From a virus (taxonomy: Duplodnaviria; Caudoviricetes), in the IMG/VR virus record IMGVR_UViG_3300032236_000109, positions 1,016-65,015 of that record: DNA of 64,000 nt. One strand, 5' to 3'. Both the position numbers and the translations under genes were made by a program. Shown in pieces: positions 10,668 through 19,459 of this stretch; position 1 is the first letter of the stretch; every line of letters begins with the position of its first letter. The notes beneath the pieces were generated by a model, which was given only the letters and a program-made list of their open reading frames with translations, searched no databases and was not told the DNA's origin.

Positions 10668-12128
10668 ATGCCATCAACCTATTCAACCTCATTAAAAATA
10701 GAACTTATCGGTAACGGCGAGCAGTCTGGTACTTGGGGTCAAACAACTAACAATAACCTTGGTACGCTTATTGAACAAGCCATTACTGGAGTAGGCTCTC
10801 TGTCTTTATCTGGTGATTATGTTCTTACAAACTATAATGGCTTACCTGATGACGCACGTAATGCAGTGCTTGTATTTAACGGCTCTTTATCTGCACCTGC
10901 AAACGTTGTAGCTCCATCAGTTCAAAAAACGTACATTGTTACAAACAATGCTGGTGCTAACGTAACACTCAAAACTTCTGGCGGTAATGGTGTTGTAATC
11001 CAAAATGGGTTAAGCGCTTTGGTTTATTGTGATGGTACTGAGTTTTATACTGCTGTAAACGTAAACAATGTTATTGGCAATTTAACCGTATCAGGCAACG
11101 AAGTTATTGGCGGCTCCGTATATTTAGGTAACAGCACGGTTTCTGGTGCAGCGGGTAATTTAACTTTGTTTGCTAATTCAAGCATTATTGATATGTCTAC
11201 CAATACTGGCGCTTTTGTTCCACCAACAGGAACTACTGCACAGCGTCCATCTAGCCCAATAACAGGTATGTCTCGCTGGAACTCAGATACCGGCATTTAT
11301 GAAATTTGGAATGGTTTAACTTGGCAAGCAATTGCTGCTGGTAACTATACTGTTTCTTATTTAATCGCTGCTGGTGGCGGTGCCGGTGGTGGTGATTCAG
11401 GTGGTGGCGCAGGTGGTGGCGGCGCTGGTGGCGTTTTAACTGGTAGTACGTTAATTACTTCTGGAACTACATACACAATTACTGTCGGTTCTGGTGGCGC
11501 TGCCCAAACGTATAACCGTGGTTTAGCGGGTGGTAATTCATCATTTAGCACTTATACTGCAATTGGTGGTGGTGGCGGTGGCGGACGTGATGGTCAAGGC
11601 GGTGGCACAGGCGGCTCAGGTGGTGGTGGATGTACTAATCAGTCTGGTGGAGCAGGTACTGGCGGACAAGGCAATACAGGTGGTAATGCTTCTGGAGACA
11701 ATGCTGGAGGCGGTGGCGGTGGAGCTGGTGGTTCTGGAGGCGCTGGTACTAACTACGGAATAGGCTCCGGTGCTGGTAATGGCGGTATAGGTGTTTCCTC
11801 TAGTATTACAGGAACTGCAACTTATTATGGCGGTGGCGGTGGTGGTGAATCTACAAACGGTTCAACTGGCAGCAATCAAGGTACTGGTGGTTTAGGTGGC
11901 GGCGGCACAACTACTGGTTCATATACTGGTGCTGGTAATGGTACGCCAAATACTGGCGGTGGTGGTGGCGGCTCTTTCCCATACGGTGGTACAGGTGGAT
12001 CAGGCGTAGTTATTCTTTCTATTCCAACTGCAAGTTATACAGGAGCTACTACAGGCTCTCCAAGCGTAACTACAAATGGCAGCAATACTATTCTTAAATA
12101 TACATCTTCAGGAACTTACAGAGCATGA
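10668..12128 (+). CDS. Glycine-rich tail fibre paralog 5
   Basis: Same architecture as 9150-10658 (tandem paralog). Confidence 0.75.
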   Translation: MPSTYSTSLKIELIGNGEQSGTWGQTTNNNLGTLIEQAITGVGSLSLSGDYVLTNYNGLPDDARNAVLVFNGSLSAPANVVAPSVQKTYIVTNNAGANVTLKTSGGNGVVIQNGLSALVYCDGTEFYTAVNVNNVIGNLTVSGNEVIGGSVYLGNSTVSGAAGNLTLFANSSIIDMSTNTGAFVPPTGTTAQRPSSPITGMSRWNSDTGIYEIWNGLTWQAIAAGNYTVSYLIAAGGGAGGGDSGGGAGGGGAGGVLTGSTLITSGTTYTITVGSGGAAQTYNRGLAGGNSSFSTYTAIGGGGGGGRDGQGGGTGGSGGGGCTNQSGGAGTGGQGNTGGNASGDNAGGGGGGAGGSGGAGTNYGIGSGAGNGGIGVSSSITGTATYYGGGGGGESTNGSTGSNQGTGGLGGGGTTTGSYTGAGNGTPNTGGGGGGSFPYGGTGGSGVVILSIPTASYTGATTGSPSVTTNGSNTILKYTSSGTYRA

Positions 12129-12337
12129 TTATTGAAAACCAAGCAAAAGAGTTAGCTCCAGACGTTATGGAAGTGGCTCACAAGATTGAAATTTACTGTC
12201 CTAATTGCAGTAAAGATGTGGATGAGGCTGAGCTATCAGCTTTGAAATGTAATGATTGTGGCGCTGATTTAACCGATCCAACACAGCACGTGGCGGTTGC
12301 AGTTACTTCAGTTCCTGTTATTGGAATTACTTGGTAA
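12125..12337 (+). CDS. Small Zn-ribbon protein
   Basis: CPNC..CNDC; ATGA overlap. Confidence 0.65.
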   Translation: MIIENQAKELAPDVMEVAHKIEIYCPNCSKDVDEAELSALKCNDCGADLTDPTQHVAVAVTSVPVIGITW

Positions 12338-12354
12338 GGTGAAAAAAGTGTTTT

Positions 12355-12807
12355 ATGTCAGACGGATTCGGGTTCTCGGAAGGAGCAGAAGCTCTTAGCA
12401 AGAGTATGAATTCTAGCCTAGAGGCTAGTAAGAAGCTCACTAAGAGTATCGAAAACGTTCAACAAGACGCCGCACAAGTGGCACAACACAAAGCCCAAGA
12501 GCGATTGAGGGCTGCAAGAGAAGCAGAGTTAAAGAAGGAAAAGGCGCTGATTAAAGCGCTTGAGCAGTGGAAGCATAAGAAGCAAATCTCCGATGAGGAG
12601 GCGAATCTAAAGATTCAGTTTGTAAAGAAGTATGGAGCAAAAGAATGGGAAGCCGTTCTGAAGATTAAGTTAGATATAGAGAATATGGAGCGTAAGAACA
12701 ATGAAGAATTTCAGCATGATCTTAAAGCAGTTAGGCGAGTACAGTTCTATTGCTTTGCGTTGGCTGCAGTCATTGCTTGGTATCTTACTTGGGGCATTAA
12801 AGGTTAA
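12355..12807 (+). CDS. Coiled-coil protein with C-terminal membrane anchor
   Basis: Charged helical body plus hydrophobic C-terminal segment. Confidence 0.65.
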   Translation: MSDGFGFSEGAEALSKSMNSSLEASKKLTKSIENVQQDAAQVAQHKAQERLRAAREAELKKEKALIKALEQWKHKKQISDEEANLKIQFVKKYGAKEWEAVLKIKLDIENMERKNNEEFQHDLKAVRRVQFYCFALAAVIAWYLTWGIKG

Positions 12808-12810
12808 AAA

Positions 12811-13035
12811 ATGAACGATATTATTCAACACTTACTTACTGGTAAAGACAACAAAACCCACGATCTTGGTCGTTGGACATGGTTAATTAGCTTGGTTGCG
12901 GTTATTGCCGTAGCATTGTGGGAAGTTATCCATACCAACCAAGTTAGCATTCGTGAACTTGCAGAAGCTTTAGGTATAGTATCTGCTGCTGGCGGCGCTT
13001 CTGTTGCAATGAAGCAAGGCTCCGAACCACAATGA
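12811..13035 (+). CDS. Putative holin
   Basis: 74 aa, two hydrophobic segments, upstream of endolysin. Confidence 0.55.
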   Translation: MNDIIQHLLTGKDNKTHDLGRWTWLISLVAVIAVALWEVIHTNQVSIRELAEALGIVSAAGGASVAMKQGSEPQ

Positions 13036-13451
13036 ACTTTCTCTTAAACATTCTTGGCGGTATTGGTGGACAAACTTACATATATCTTGCTCTTGTATTC
13101 GGCGGTTTTAGCGCTGGCTTTTATGTGGAGCATTTGCGCTTTGCTGATTTTAAAAATCAAGTACAGATTGTTGCAGAAAAACAGATTGCGCAAAACACTG
13201 CAAAAGAGAAAGAACAACAATTAGTTAACAAAGGAGTAGAAGATGCTTACAAGGCTAATCTTAGTAATATCCATAATTTTTATAACGGGATGCTCAACAC
13301 CGGTAGCAGTACCGTGTCCCCCAATGGCACAGCCTCCATCAATATTAATGGAGAAACCCATAACCTACTATCTGTTGCCGAGCAATGCGCCAGCACAACA
13401 GAACAAGTAATAGCCTTACAGGACTGGATTAAACAACAGGCGGGCTTGTAA
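13032..13451 (+). CDS. Putative Rz-like spanin
   Basis: N-terminal TM, coiled coil, C-terminal C..QVIALQDWI; located in lysis cassette. Confidence 0.55.
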   Translation: MNFLLNILGGIGGQTYIYLALVFGGFSAGFYVEHLRFADFKNQVQIVAEKQIAQNTAKEKEQQLVNKGVEDAYKANLSNIHNFYNGMLNTGSSTVSPNGTASININGETHNLLSVAEQCASTTEQVIALQDWIKQQAGL

Positions 13452-13672
13452 TGAATAAAGATAAATTAACCTCTTATGTCACCCTCATCGCTACTATCAC
13501 TCTTACTCTTATTCTTTTGTCTATGGTTCTTGTGTTATTGCTGGGTCTTTTCAATCCCGCAATAGACAATACAGAGATATTTAAAGCGATTACTCCAGCA
13601 TTCCAAATGATTGTAGGTGCTTTTGTAGGTCTTGTAGCGGGTATAAAAATAGGGCAACAAGAAAATGAATAG
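13451..13672 (+). CDS. Two-TM membrane protein (holin/antiholin candidate)
   Basis: Two hydrophobic helices; overlaps the endolysin start. Confidence 0.55.
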   Translation: MNKDKLTSYVTLIATITLTLILLSMVLVLLLGLFNPAIDNTEIFKAITPAFQMIVGAFVGLVAGIKIGQQENE

Positions 13673-14258
13673 TGCGCAATTAGGACAGCTTGGGATTGAT
13701 GCCAAGTGGTTAGAACCATTGGAGGCTACCTTTGCTAAATACGATATCAACACACCACAACGTCAAGCAGCGTTTATTGGTCAGTGCGCTCATGAATCTA
13801 ATAATTTCAAGACTCTTGAAGAAAACTTGCACTACAGCGCAAGTGCATTAATGAGGGTATGGTCTAGCAGGTTTACAACTCAAATCGTTGCAGATGCCTA
13901 TGCAAATAACCCTGAGAAAATAGCCAATAAGGTGTATGGCGGTAGAATGGGTAATGGTCCTGAAGAAACTGGCGATGGCTGGAAGTACCACGGTAGAGGT
14001 CTGATTCAGCTTACCGGAAAGGAAAACTATGTCAATTGCGGAACTGGTATTAATGTGGATCTTGTTAACAATCCTGATTACCTTCTTACTCCTGAGTATG
14101 CAGCTTTATCTGCCGGATGGTTCTGGAACAAAAAAGGACTAAACAGCTTGGCAGATGCCCAAGATTACGAGACAATGACGAAGAGAATAAATGGTGGTAC
14201 TTTGGGGTTAGATGACCGCAAGGCTAAAATCGCTAAAGCAATATCTGTATTAGGGTAA
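13665..14258 (+). CDS. Endolysin, glycoside hydrolase family 19
   Basis: AAFIGQCAHES, EENLHYS, YHGRGLIQLTGKENY, RINGG..GL.DR. Confidence 0.92.
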   Translation: MNSAQLGQLGIDAKWLEPLEATFAKYDINTPQRQAAFIGQCAHESNNFKTLEENLHYSASALMRVWSSRFTTQIVADAYANNPEKIANKVYGGRMGNGPEETGDGWKYHGRGLIQLTGKENYVNCGTGINVDLVNNPDYLLTPEYAALSAGWFWNKKGLNSLADAQDYETMTKRINGGTLGLDDRKAKIAKAISVLG

Positions 14259-14266
14259 ACCATTAG

Positions 14267-16414
14267 ATGCCATTACAAAAAATACAACTTAGACCCGGCT
14301 TAAATCGTGAAGGTACCGACTACTCAAACGAGGGTGGATACTATGACGGCGATAAGATTCGCTTTCGTTCAGGCTTTCCTGAGAAATTGGGTGGTTGGAT
14401 TCGTCTAAGCGCTTATAAGTTTTTAGGCGTTGCCAGATCTATATGGAACTGGGCAACGTTAGCGGGCGCTAACTATTTAGGTATTGGTACTAACCTTAAG
14501 TATTATATTGAGCAGGGCGGTCAGTATTACGACATTACGCCTATTGTTACTACAACATCTTATAACAACGTATTGTCTACTGGATTTACCACTCTGGTAG
14601 CTAATATCACATCCAATTCAAATACCATATCGTTAACCAACACTACACATTTTGTACCCCAAAGTGGCGTTATGAAGATTGATAGTGAAGTTATTTTTTA
14701 TTCTTCTATCGTGTCAAACGTAGCTTCTGGTTGCGTTCGTGGTTATGCCAATACTACGGCAGCCTCTCATACTGCTGGCGCTAACGTAGCTTGTGGTTAT
14801 TTTGAGTTCCATGATCTAGATAACGATTCTAATAATAGAGACTTTTTAATATTCTCTAACGTTTCAACATCTGTTGGCGGGCTATCTAATACAGTCATCA
14901 ATGGCGAACATCAAGTATTTAAATATGGATCTGGCTATAGCTATGCAATGTCTAGTACATCAGATAACAATCTAGCCAACATTACCTACACTACTTCTTC
15001 TGCAATAAACGTAGGCGGCGTATTTACTGTTCAATATGAAGTACCATCTGGTAGTGATGTATATACAACAGGTTTAGGCTGGGGTGCTAGCTATTGGAAT
15101 CGGGGTACTTGGGGATCTGCGGCAACAGTAGGTATTGGTAGCCAGCTTCGTCTATGGTCTGCTGATAACTATGGACAGAACCTTGTATTTGCTCCCCGTG
15201 GCGGTGGTATTTACTATTGGGATGCCAACCTAGGAACATCTTATCGTGGGCAAAAGCTTTCTGATTTAGCAAATAATGCATCTTATAGCGGTCAATTTGT
15301 TCCACAAGCTACTAACCAAGTAATCGCATCTGCTATTCAACGCTTTGTTATTGCCTTTGGTGCTAATTCTTATTTAGCATCTAATGCGTCTACAACTTTT
15401 GATTCTATGTTGGTACGTTGGTCAGACCAAGAAAATCCATTCCAATGGGTTCCAGATGTAACAAACCAAGCTGGAGAATTCCGTTTGACTAACGGTTCTT
15501 ATATCATGGAAGCCAAGGCAACCCGCCAAGAGATTTTGGTTTGGACAGACTCTGCCATATATTCTATGCAGTATCTTGGACCGCCATATGTTTGGGGATT
15601 CCAAATATTGATGGATAACATTTCCATCATGTCTCCTAATTCGGCAATTACTATTAACAACGTTACCTATTGGATGGGTACGGATAAGTTCTATATGTAC
15701 TCTGGTAGGGTAGAAACTTTGCCTTGTTCATTGCGCCAGTACATTTTTGCCGATATTAATAAAGACCAAGCATACCAAGTAACTTGCGGCGGCAATGAAG
15801 GTTTTAATGAAGTTTGGTGGTTTTATTGCTCTACCAATTCTACAGTAGTTGATAAGTATGTTATTTATAATTACTTAGATCGTGTATGGTATTACGGTAC
15901 TTTAAACCGTACTGCATGGCTAGATTCTGGTATTCGTCAAAATCCTATGGGTACATTTATTAACGGCGTTGATGATGTTGGCAATCCAAAAGGAAACGTT
16001 ATTTACCATGAGATAGGCACAGATGATCAATCTACCGCTACTCCGGCACCTATCGTTTCCTATGTACAGTCCTCAGACTTTGATATTGGCGATGGTCACA
16101 ACTTTGGTTTTGTATGGCGTTTGCTACCAGATATTAACTTTAACGGCTCTACGGTTAATCAGCCTAGTGTTGTGATGACTATTCGTCCTAGACAAAACAG
16201 TGGTAGCGCTTATCAACAAGCAGATACACCAGCAGTTCAAAGCGCCCAAAATTACACAGTTGCTCCTGAATATGTTGTTCAGCAGTTTACTGGTCAGATT
16301 TACACTAGATTGCGGGGTCGTCAATTAGCTATGAGAATTAGTTCAGACGGTCTTGGCGTAGCGTGGCAAATGGGTACACCTCGTATTGATATTAGAAATG
16401 ATGGTCGCAGATGA
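14267..16414 (+). CDS. Putative tail hub/stabilisation (nozzle-like) protein
   Basis: 715 aa beta-rich; VRWSDQEN, WGFQ; precedes internal virion genes as in podoviruses; inference. Confidence 0.6.
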   Translation: MPLQKIQLRPGLNREGTDYSNEGGYYDGDKIRFRSGFPEKLGGWIRLSAYKFLGVARSIWNWATLAGANYLGIGTNLKYYIEQGGQYYDITPIVTTTSYNNVLSTGFTTLVANITSNSNTISLTNTTHFVPQSGVMKIDSEVIFYSSIVSNVASGCVRGYANTTAASHTAGANVACGYFEFHDLDNDSNNRDFLIFSNVSTSVGGLSNTVINGEHQVFKYGSGYSYAMSSTSDNNLANITYTTSSAINVGGVFTVQYEVPSGSDVYTTGLGWGASYWNRGTWGSAATVGIGSQLRLWSADNYGQNLVFAPRGGGIYYWDANLGTSYRGQKLSDLANNASYSGQFVPQATNQVIASAIQRFVIAFGANSYLASNASTTFDSMLVRWSDQENPFQWVPDVTNQAGEFRLTNGSYIMEAKATRQEILVWTDSAIYSMQYLGPPYVWGFQILMDNISIMSPNSAITINNVTYWMGTDKFYMYSGRVETLPCSLRQYIFADINKDQAYQVTCGGNEGFNEVWWFYCSTNSTVVDKYVIYNYLDRVWYYGTLNRTAWLDSGIRQNPMGTFINGVDDVGNPKGNVIYHEIGTDDQSTATPAPIVSYVQSSDFDIGDGHNFGFVWRLLPDINFNGSTVNQPSVVMTIRPRQNSGSAYQQADTPAVQSAQNYTVAPEYVVQQFTGQIYTRLRGRQLAMRISSDGLGVAWQMGTPRIDIRNDGRR

Positions 16415-16728
16415 GTACTGGAACAACTAGATCCCCAAACTTACCGATTGCTCCAGTCGAGTATAGTCAACAGTACCAAGACCAGCTTAATAACGTTTTA
16501 AGGCTGTATTTTTCACAATTAGACAATGCTGGACCTTCAGCTATGTCCACCCAAAGAAACACGGTTAACGGGGTTACTAAGATCATTTCAGCTCTAAACT
16601 TTAGTCAAGCTAACTCTACAGGGGTTCAGGTACTAAGTTTGCCTACTCAAGTGGACATATCTAATTTAAGGGTTGGTGATCTATATGTAGATACTGCCAA
16701 TGCCAATGTTTTGAAAGTAAAGGTTTAA
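16411..16728 (+). CDS. Hypothetical virion protein
   Basis: ATGA coupling to the upstream gene. Confidence 0.6.
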   Translation: MSTGTTRSPNLPIAPVEYSQQYQDQLNNVLRLYFSQLDNAGPSAMSTQRNTVNGVTKIISALNFSQANSTGVQVLSLPTQVDISNLRVGDLYVDTANANVLKVKV

Positions 16729-16765
16729 ATGATAAACTCTACTAAATCCGTACCAAAAGGTCACT

Positions 16766-18385
16766 ATGGCGTTAACTAACATATTCGCACAGCAACAGCA
16801 GCCACAGGGCGGTATAGATCGGCTTGCCCAAAATGCCATGTTTCCACAGTCCCAGATGGACAAAACCCAATACGCCGTACCTAGCCAAATGCCAACTAGC
16901 GCAGAAGTCATCAATTCAGACTACGATCCACAGACCGATCCGTACACAGGGATGCCAGCAAAACCGTTTAAAAAGGGCGGGATTGCTACATTAAGATATA
17001 ACGGCGCTGAAGATGGCAGCGATGTACAGGCATGGGATCCAGCGTCTGGTCAAGTAACATTGCAAAAATACAACACTCAAGACCCAAGCGCAGAACCTAC
17101 GCAAGTTGCGTATAAAATCCCAAAAGATAGCATTAAAACTTTTGTTGCCAATACAAATGATAGCGGGCAAGAAGATCCCTCAATGGGCGGTAAATACATC
17201 TTAAACGATGGTTCTACTATGATTGTTGGTGGTGATGGCACAGTCCAAGCTGCTACCCCAGCAAGAAACGAATACACATTAAATCAAGACAAATACTACC
17301 AGCCAACAGGTGAAAATCTTAATTGGAATGGAGCAACAAGTTCGCTAACTAAAAACATTGGCGGCGTTGATGTTCAGGTTCCCGGTATGTATACCAAAGG
17401 TGGATACCAAGATCAACAAGGTAATCTACGTACAGACCAATATGGGGTACCGGTTCCATTGGCTCCTAATTATTTAGATAGCGGCGCTGGCAAAAGTGGT
17501 TTATCTGATGCTGCTCCATTAATGGCTATTGCTGCTATGGCTGCTATGACAGGCGGCGCTGCTGCACCAGAGGCACTTAGTAGTATGGACGCTTATATGG
17601 CATCCGCTGGATTAGATGCAGGTACCTATGGTAGTGAATTCCTATCTCCTGAGTTTGCTTCAGTAGAAACTCCTATGGAGGGTTCTGGCTTGCCGCCAAC
17701 CGAATCAAACCCATATACTCCAGAGCAAATGCAGTCTCAATATGAAGCTCAGGATATGATGGAGCAAGCAAGAAATGTTAATGCACCTCCCGGATCGCCA
17801 GAAGCTTGGAATACTGCCACTGCAGCAAAAGGACTAACCGCAGCAAAAGCAGCTAAAGCTCTTGCTGGTCTTAACATGTTAACTTCTGGTATGAAAAGCA
17901 CAGGAACACAACCCGGCGGTATTGCTGGCGGAACTCCTGTAGCTGCAGCCCCAACTATTTCTCCATCAGTAAACCAATTTGGCGTTACTGGTTATAGTGG
18001 TGATGCTCCAATTGGCTCTGGTTATGTTGGATATACCCCTACCCTTTCCAAGATTAGAGGCGCAACCGGCGAAATGGCTTTTGCTGCTGGTGGACCTACT
18101 GGTGGGATTGCAACCCTTGGAGCCTACTCAGATGGCGGTCAACTATTAAAGGGTCCCGGAGACGGTATGAGTGACAATATTCCAGCTAAAATAGGGGATC
18201 ACCAGCCAGCTCGTTTGGCTGACGGAGAATTCGTAATCCCAGCAGATGTGGTTAGCCATCTAGGTAATGGCTCAACTGATGCTGGCGCTAAACAGTTATA
18301 CGCAATGATGGATCGTATTCGCAAAGCCCGCACTGGAAACAAGAAGCAGGGTAAGCAAATTAATCCATCTAAGTTTTTACCTTAA
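16766..18385 (+). CDS. Putative internal virion/ejection protein
   Basis: C-terminal GPGDGMSDNIPA..LADGEFVIPADVV domain; several FxxGG motifs. Confidence 0.65.
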   Translation: MALTNIFAQQQQPQGGIDRLAQNAMFPQSQMDKTQYAVPSQMPTSAEVINSDYDPQTDPYTGMPAKPFKKGGIATLRYNGAEDGSDVQAWDPASGQVTLQKYNTQDPSAEPTQVAYKIPKDSIKTFVANTNDSGQEDPSMGGKYILNDGSTMIVGGDGTVQAATPARNEYTLNQDKYYQPTGENLNWNGATSSLTKNIGGVDVQVPGMYTKGGYQDQQGNLRTDQYGVPVPLAPNYLDSGAGKSGLSDAAPLMAIAAMAAMTGGAAAPEALSSMDAYMASAGLDAGTYGSEFLSPEFASVETPMEGSGLPPTESNPYTPEQMQSQYEAQDMMEQARNVNAPPGSPEAWNTATAAKGLTAAKAAKALAGLNMLTSGMKSTGTQPGGIAGGTPVAAAPTISPSVNQFGVTGYSGDAPIGSGYVGYTPTLSKIRGATGEMAFAAGGPTGGIATLGAYSDGGQLLKGPGDGMSDNIPAKIGDHQPARLADGEFVIPADVVSHLGNGSTDAGAKQLYAMMDRIRKARTGNKKQGKQINPSKFLP

Positions 18386-18394
18386 GGATATACC

Positions 18395-19459
18395 ATGTCA
18401 ATTTTCGACAGCATTTTTGGCGCCAGCTCAGCACCTACCAGTCCAACTGGAATGGTTAATACATCGGCTTCTATTCAGCCATGGGCGCAACCTTACATAT
18501 TCAATTACCTTAACAAAGCGCAACAGTTAACCACTAACGCTCAGCCTACACCGTTTCAGAATCAAGTATATTCTAGCGCTCAAGGTATGGAGACTCCGGG
18601 TCAGTTTGCACAAGGTAGCGACTTAGCACAGCAAGCTGGTCAAGGTCAATTAAGCACTGCTCCTACAGCTTTAGGTTATGGTCAACAAGGCGCTGGTATT
18701 GGCGCATTAGGTCAAATGTATGGCATGGGCGCTGGTGCTAATTATGCACAGCAAGCAACTAACCCATATGCGGTTGGTGCTTACATGAACCCTTATATTC
18801 AACAATCACTTGCTCCACAGCTTGGATTATTGAATCAACAACAACAATTAGAACAACAGAAAGCACAAGGTCAGGCTACTGGTCAAGGTGCGTTTGGTGG
18901 TAATCGTGCCGCATTGCAACAAGGATTAATTGGTCAAAACTATGACTTAGCTAAGCAACAAGCTATTGGTCAAGGATACAACCAAGCATTTAATCAAGCC
19001 CAGCAAGCTCAACAGTTTGGTGCTAATCTAGGATTACAAGGCGCTATTCAAGGAACTCAAGCTGGTTTAGCTGGATTGCAAACTGGCTTACAAGGCGTAC
19101 AAGGCGCCCAACAAGGTTATACAGGCGCTACTCAAGCTGGCGCAGCATTGGGTAACATTGGTTCACAGCTCGGTCAATTTAATCTTAACAAGCTTGCACT
19201 GCAAAACCAGATTGCAAATCAGCAATACAACTTACCATTCCAGCAACAGCAATACATGCAAGGTATGTTATCTGGTTTACCAATCTCTTCTCAGTCACAA
19301 CAAACTTATGCAGCGCCTCCAAACGTAGCATCCCAGTTAGCTGGTTTAGGAACCGCAGGTCTTGGTGGTTATATGTTGTATAACGCTTTCAATAAAGGCG
19401 GCAAAGTTGGTAGTGACTTGGCTGACATTCAACTTCATAATTTAGTAGGTCAAGAATGA
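18395..19459 (+). CDS. Putative DNA-ejection (pilot) protein
   Basis: Gln/Gly/Ala-rich; YMNPY..GAFGG.R; C-terminal hydrophobic Gly-rich segment. Confidence 0.65.
   Translation: MSIFDSIFGASSAPTSPTGMVNTSASIQPWAQPYIFNYLNKAQQLTTNAQPTPFQNQVYSSAQGMETPGQFAQGSDLAQQAGQGQLSTAPTALGYGQQGAGIGALGQMYGMGAGANYAQQATNPYAVGAYMNPYIQQSLAPQLGLLNQQQQLEQQKAQGQATGQGAFGGNRAALQQGLIGQNYDLAKQQAIGQGYNQAFNQAQQAQQFGANLGLQGAIQGTQAGLAGLQTGLQGVQGAQQGYTGATQAGAALGNIGSQLGQFNLNKLALQNQIANQQYNLPFQQQQYMQGMLSGLPISSQSQQTYAAPPNVASQLAGLGTAGLGGYMLYNAFNKGGKVGSDLADIQLHNLVGQE

Noticed and set aside
3781-11763. Pro-rich, His-rich and Val-rich alternative-frame or antisense ORFs
   Set aside because: Shadows of GGT/GGC glycine codon runs in the real genes
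3306-12128. Diversity-generating retroelement or shufflon acting on fibre genes
   Set aside because: No reverse transcriptase or invertase in the window, and no template/variable repeat pair with adenine-specific mismatches was seen
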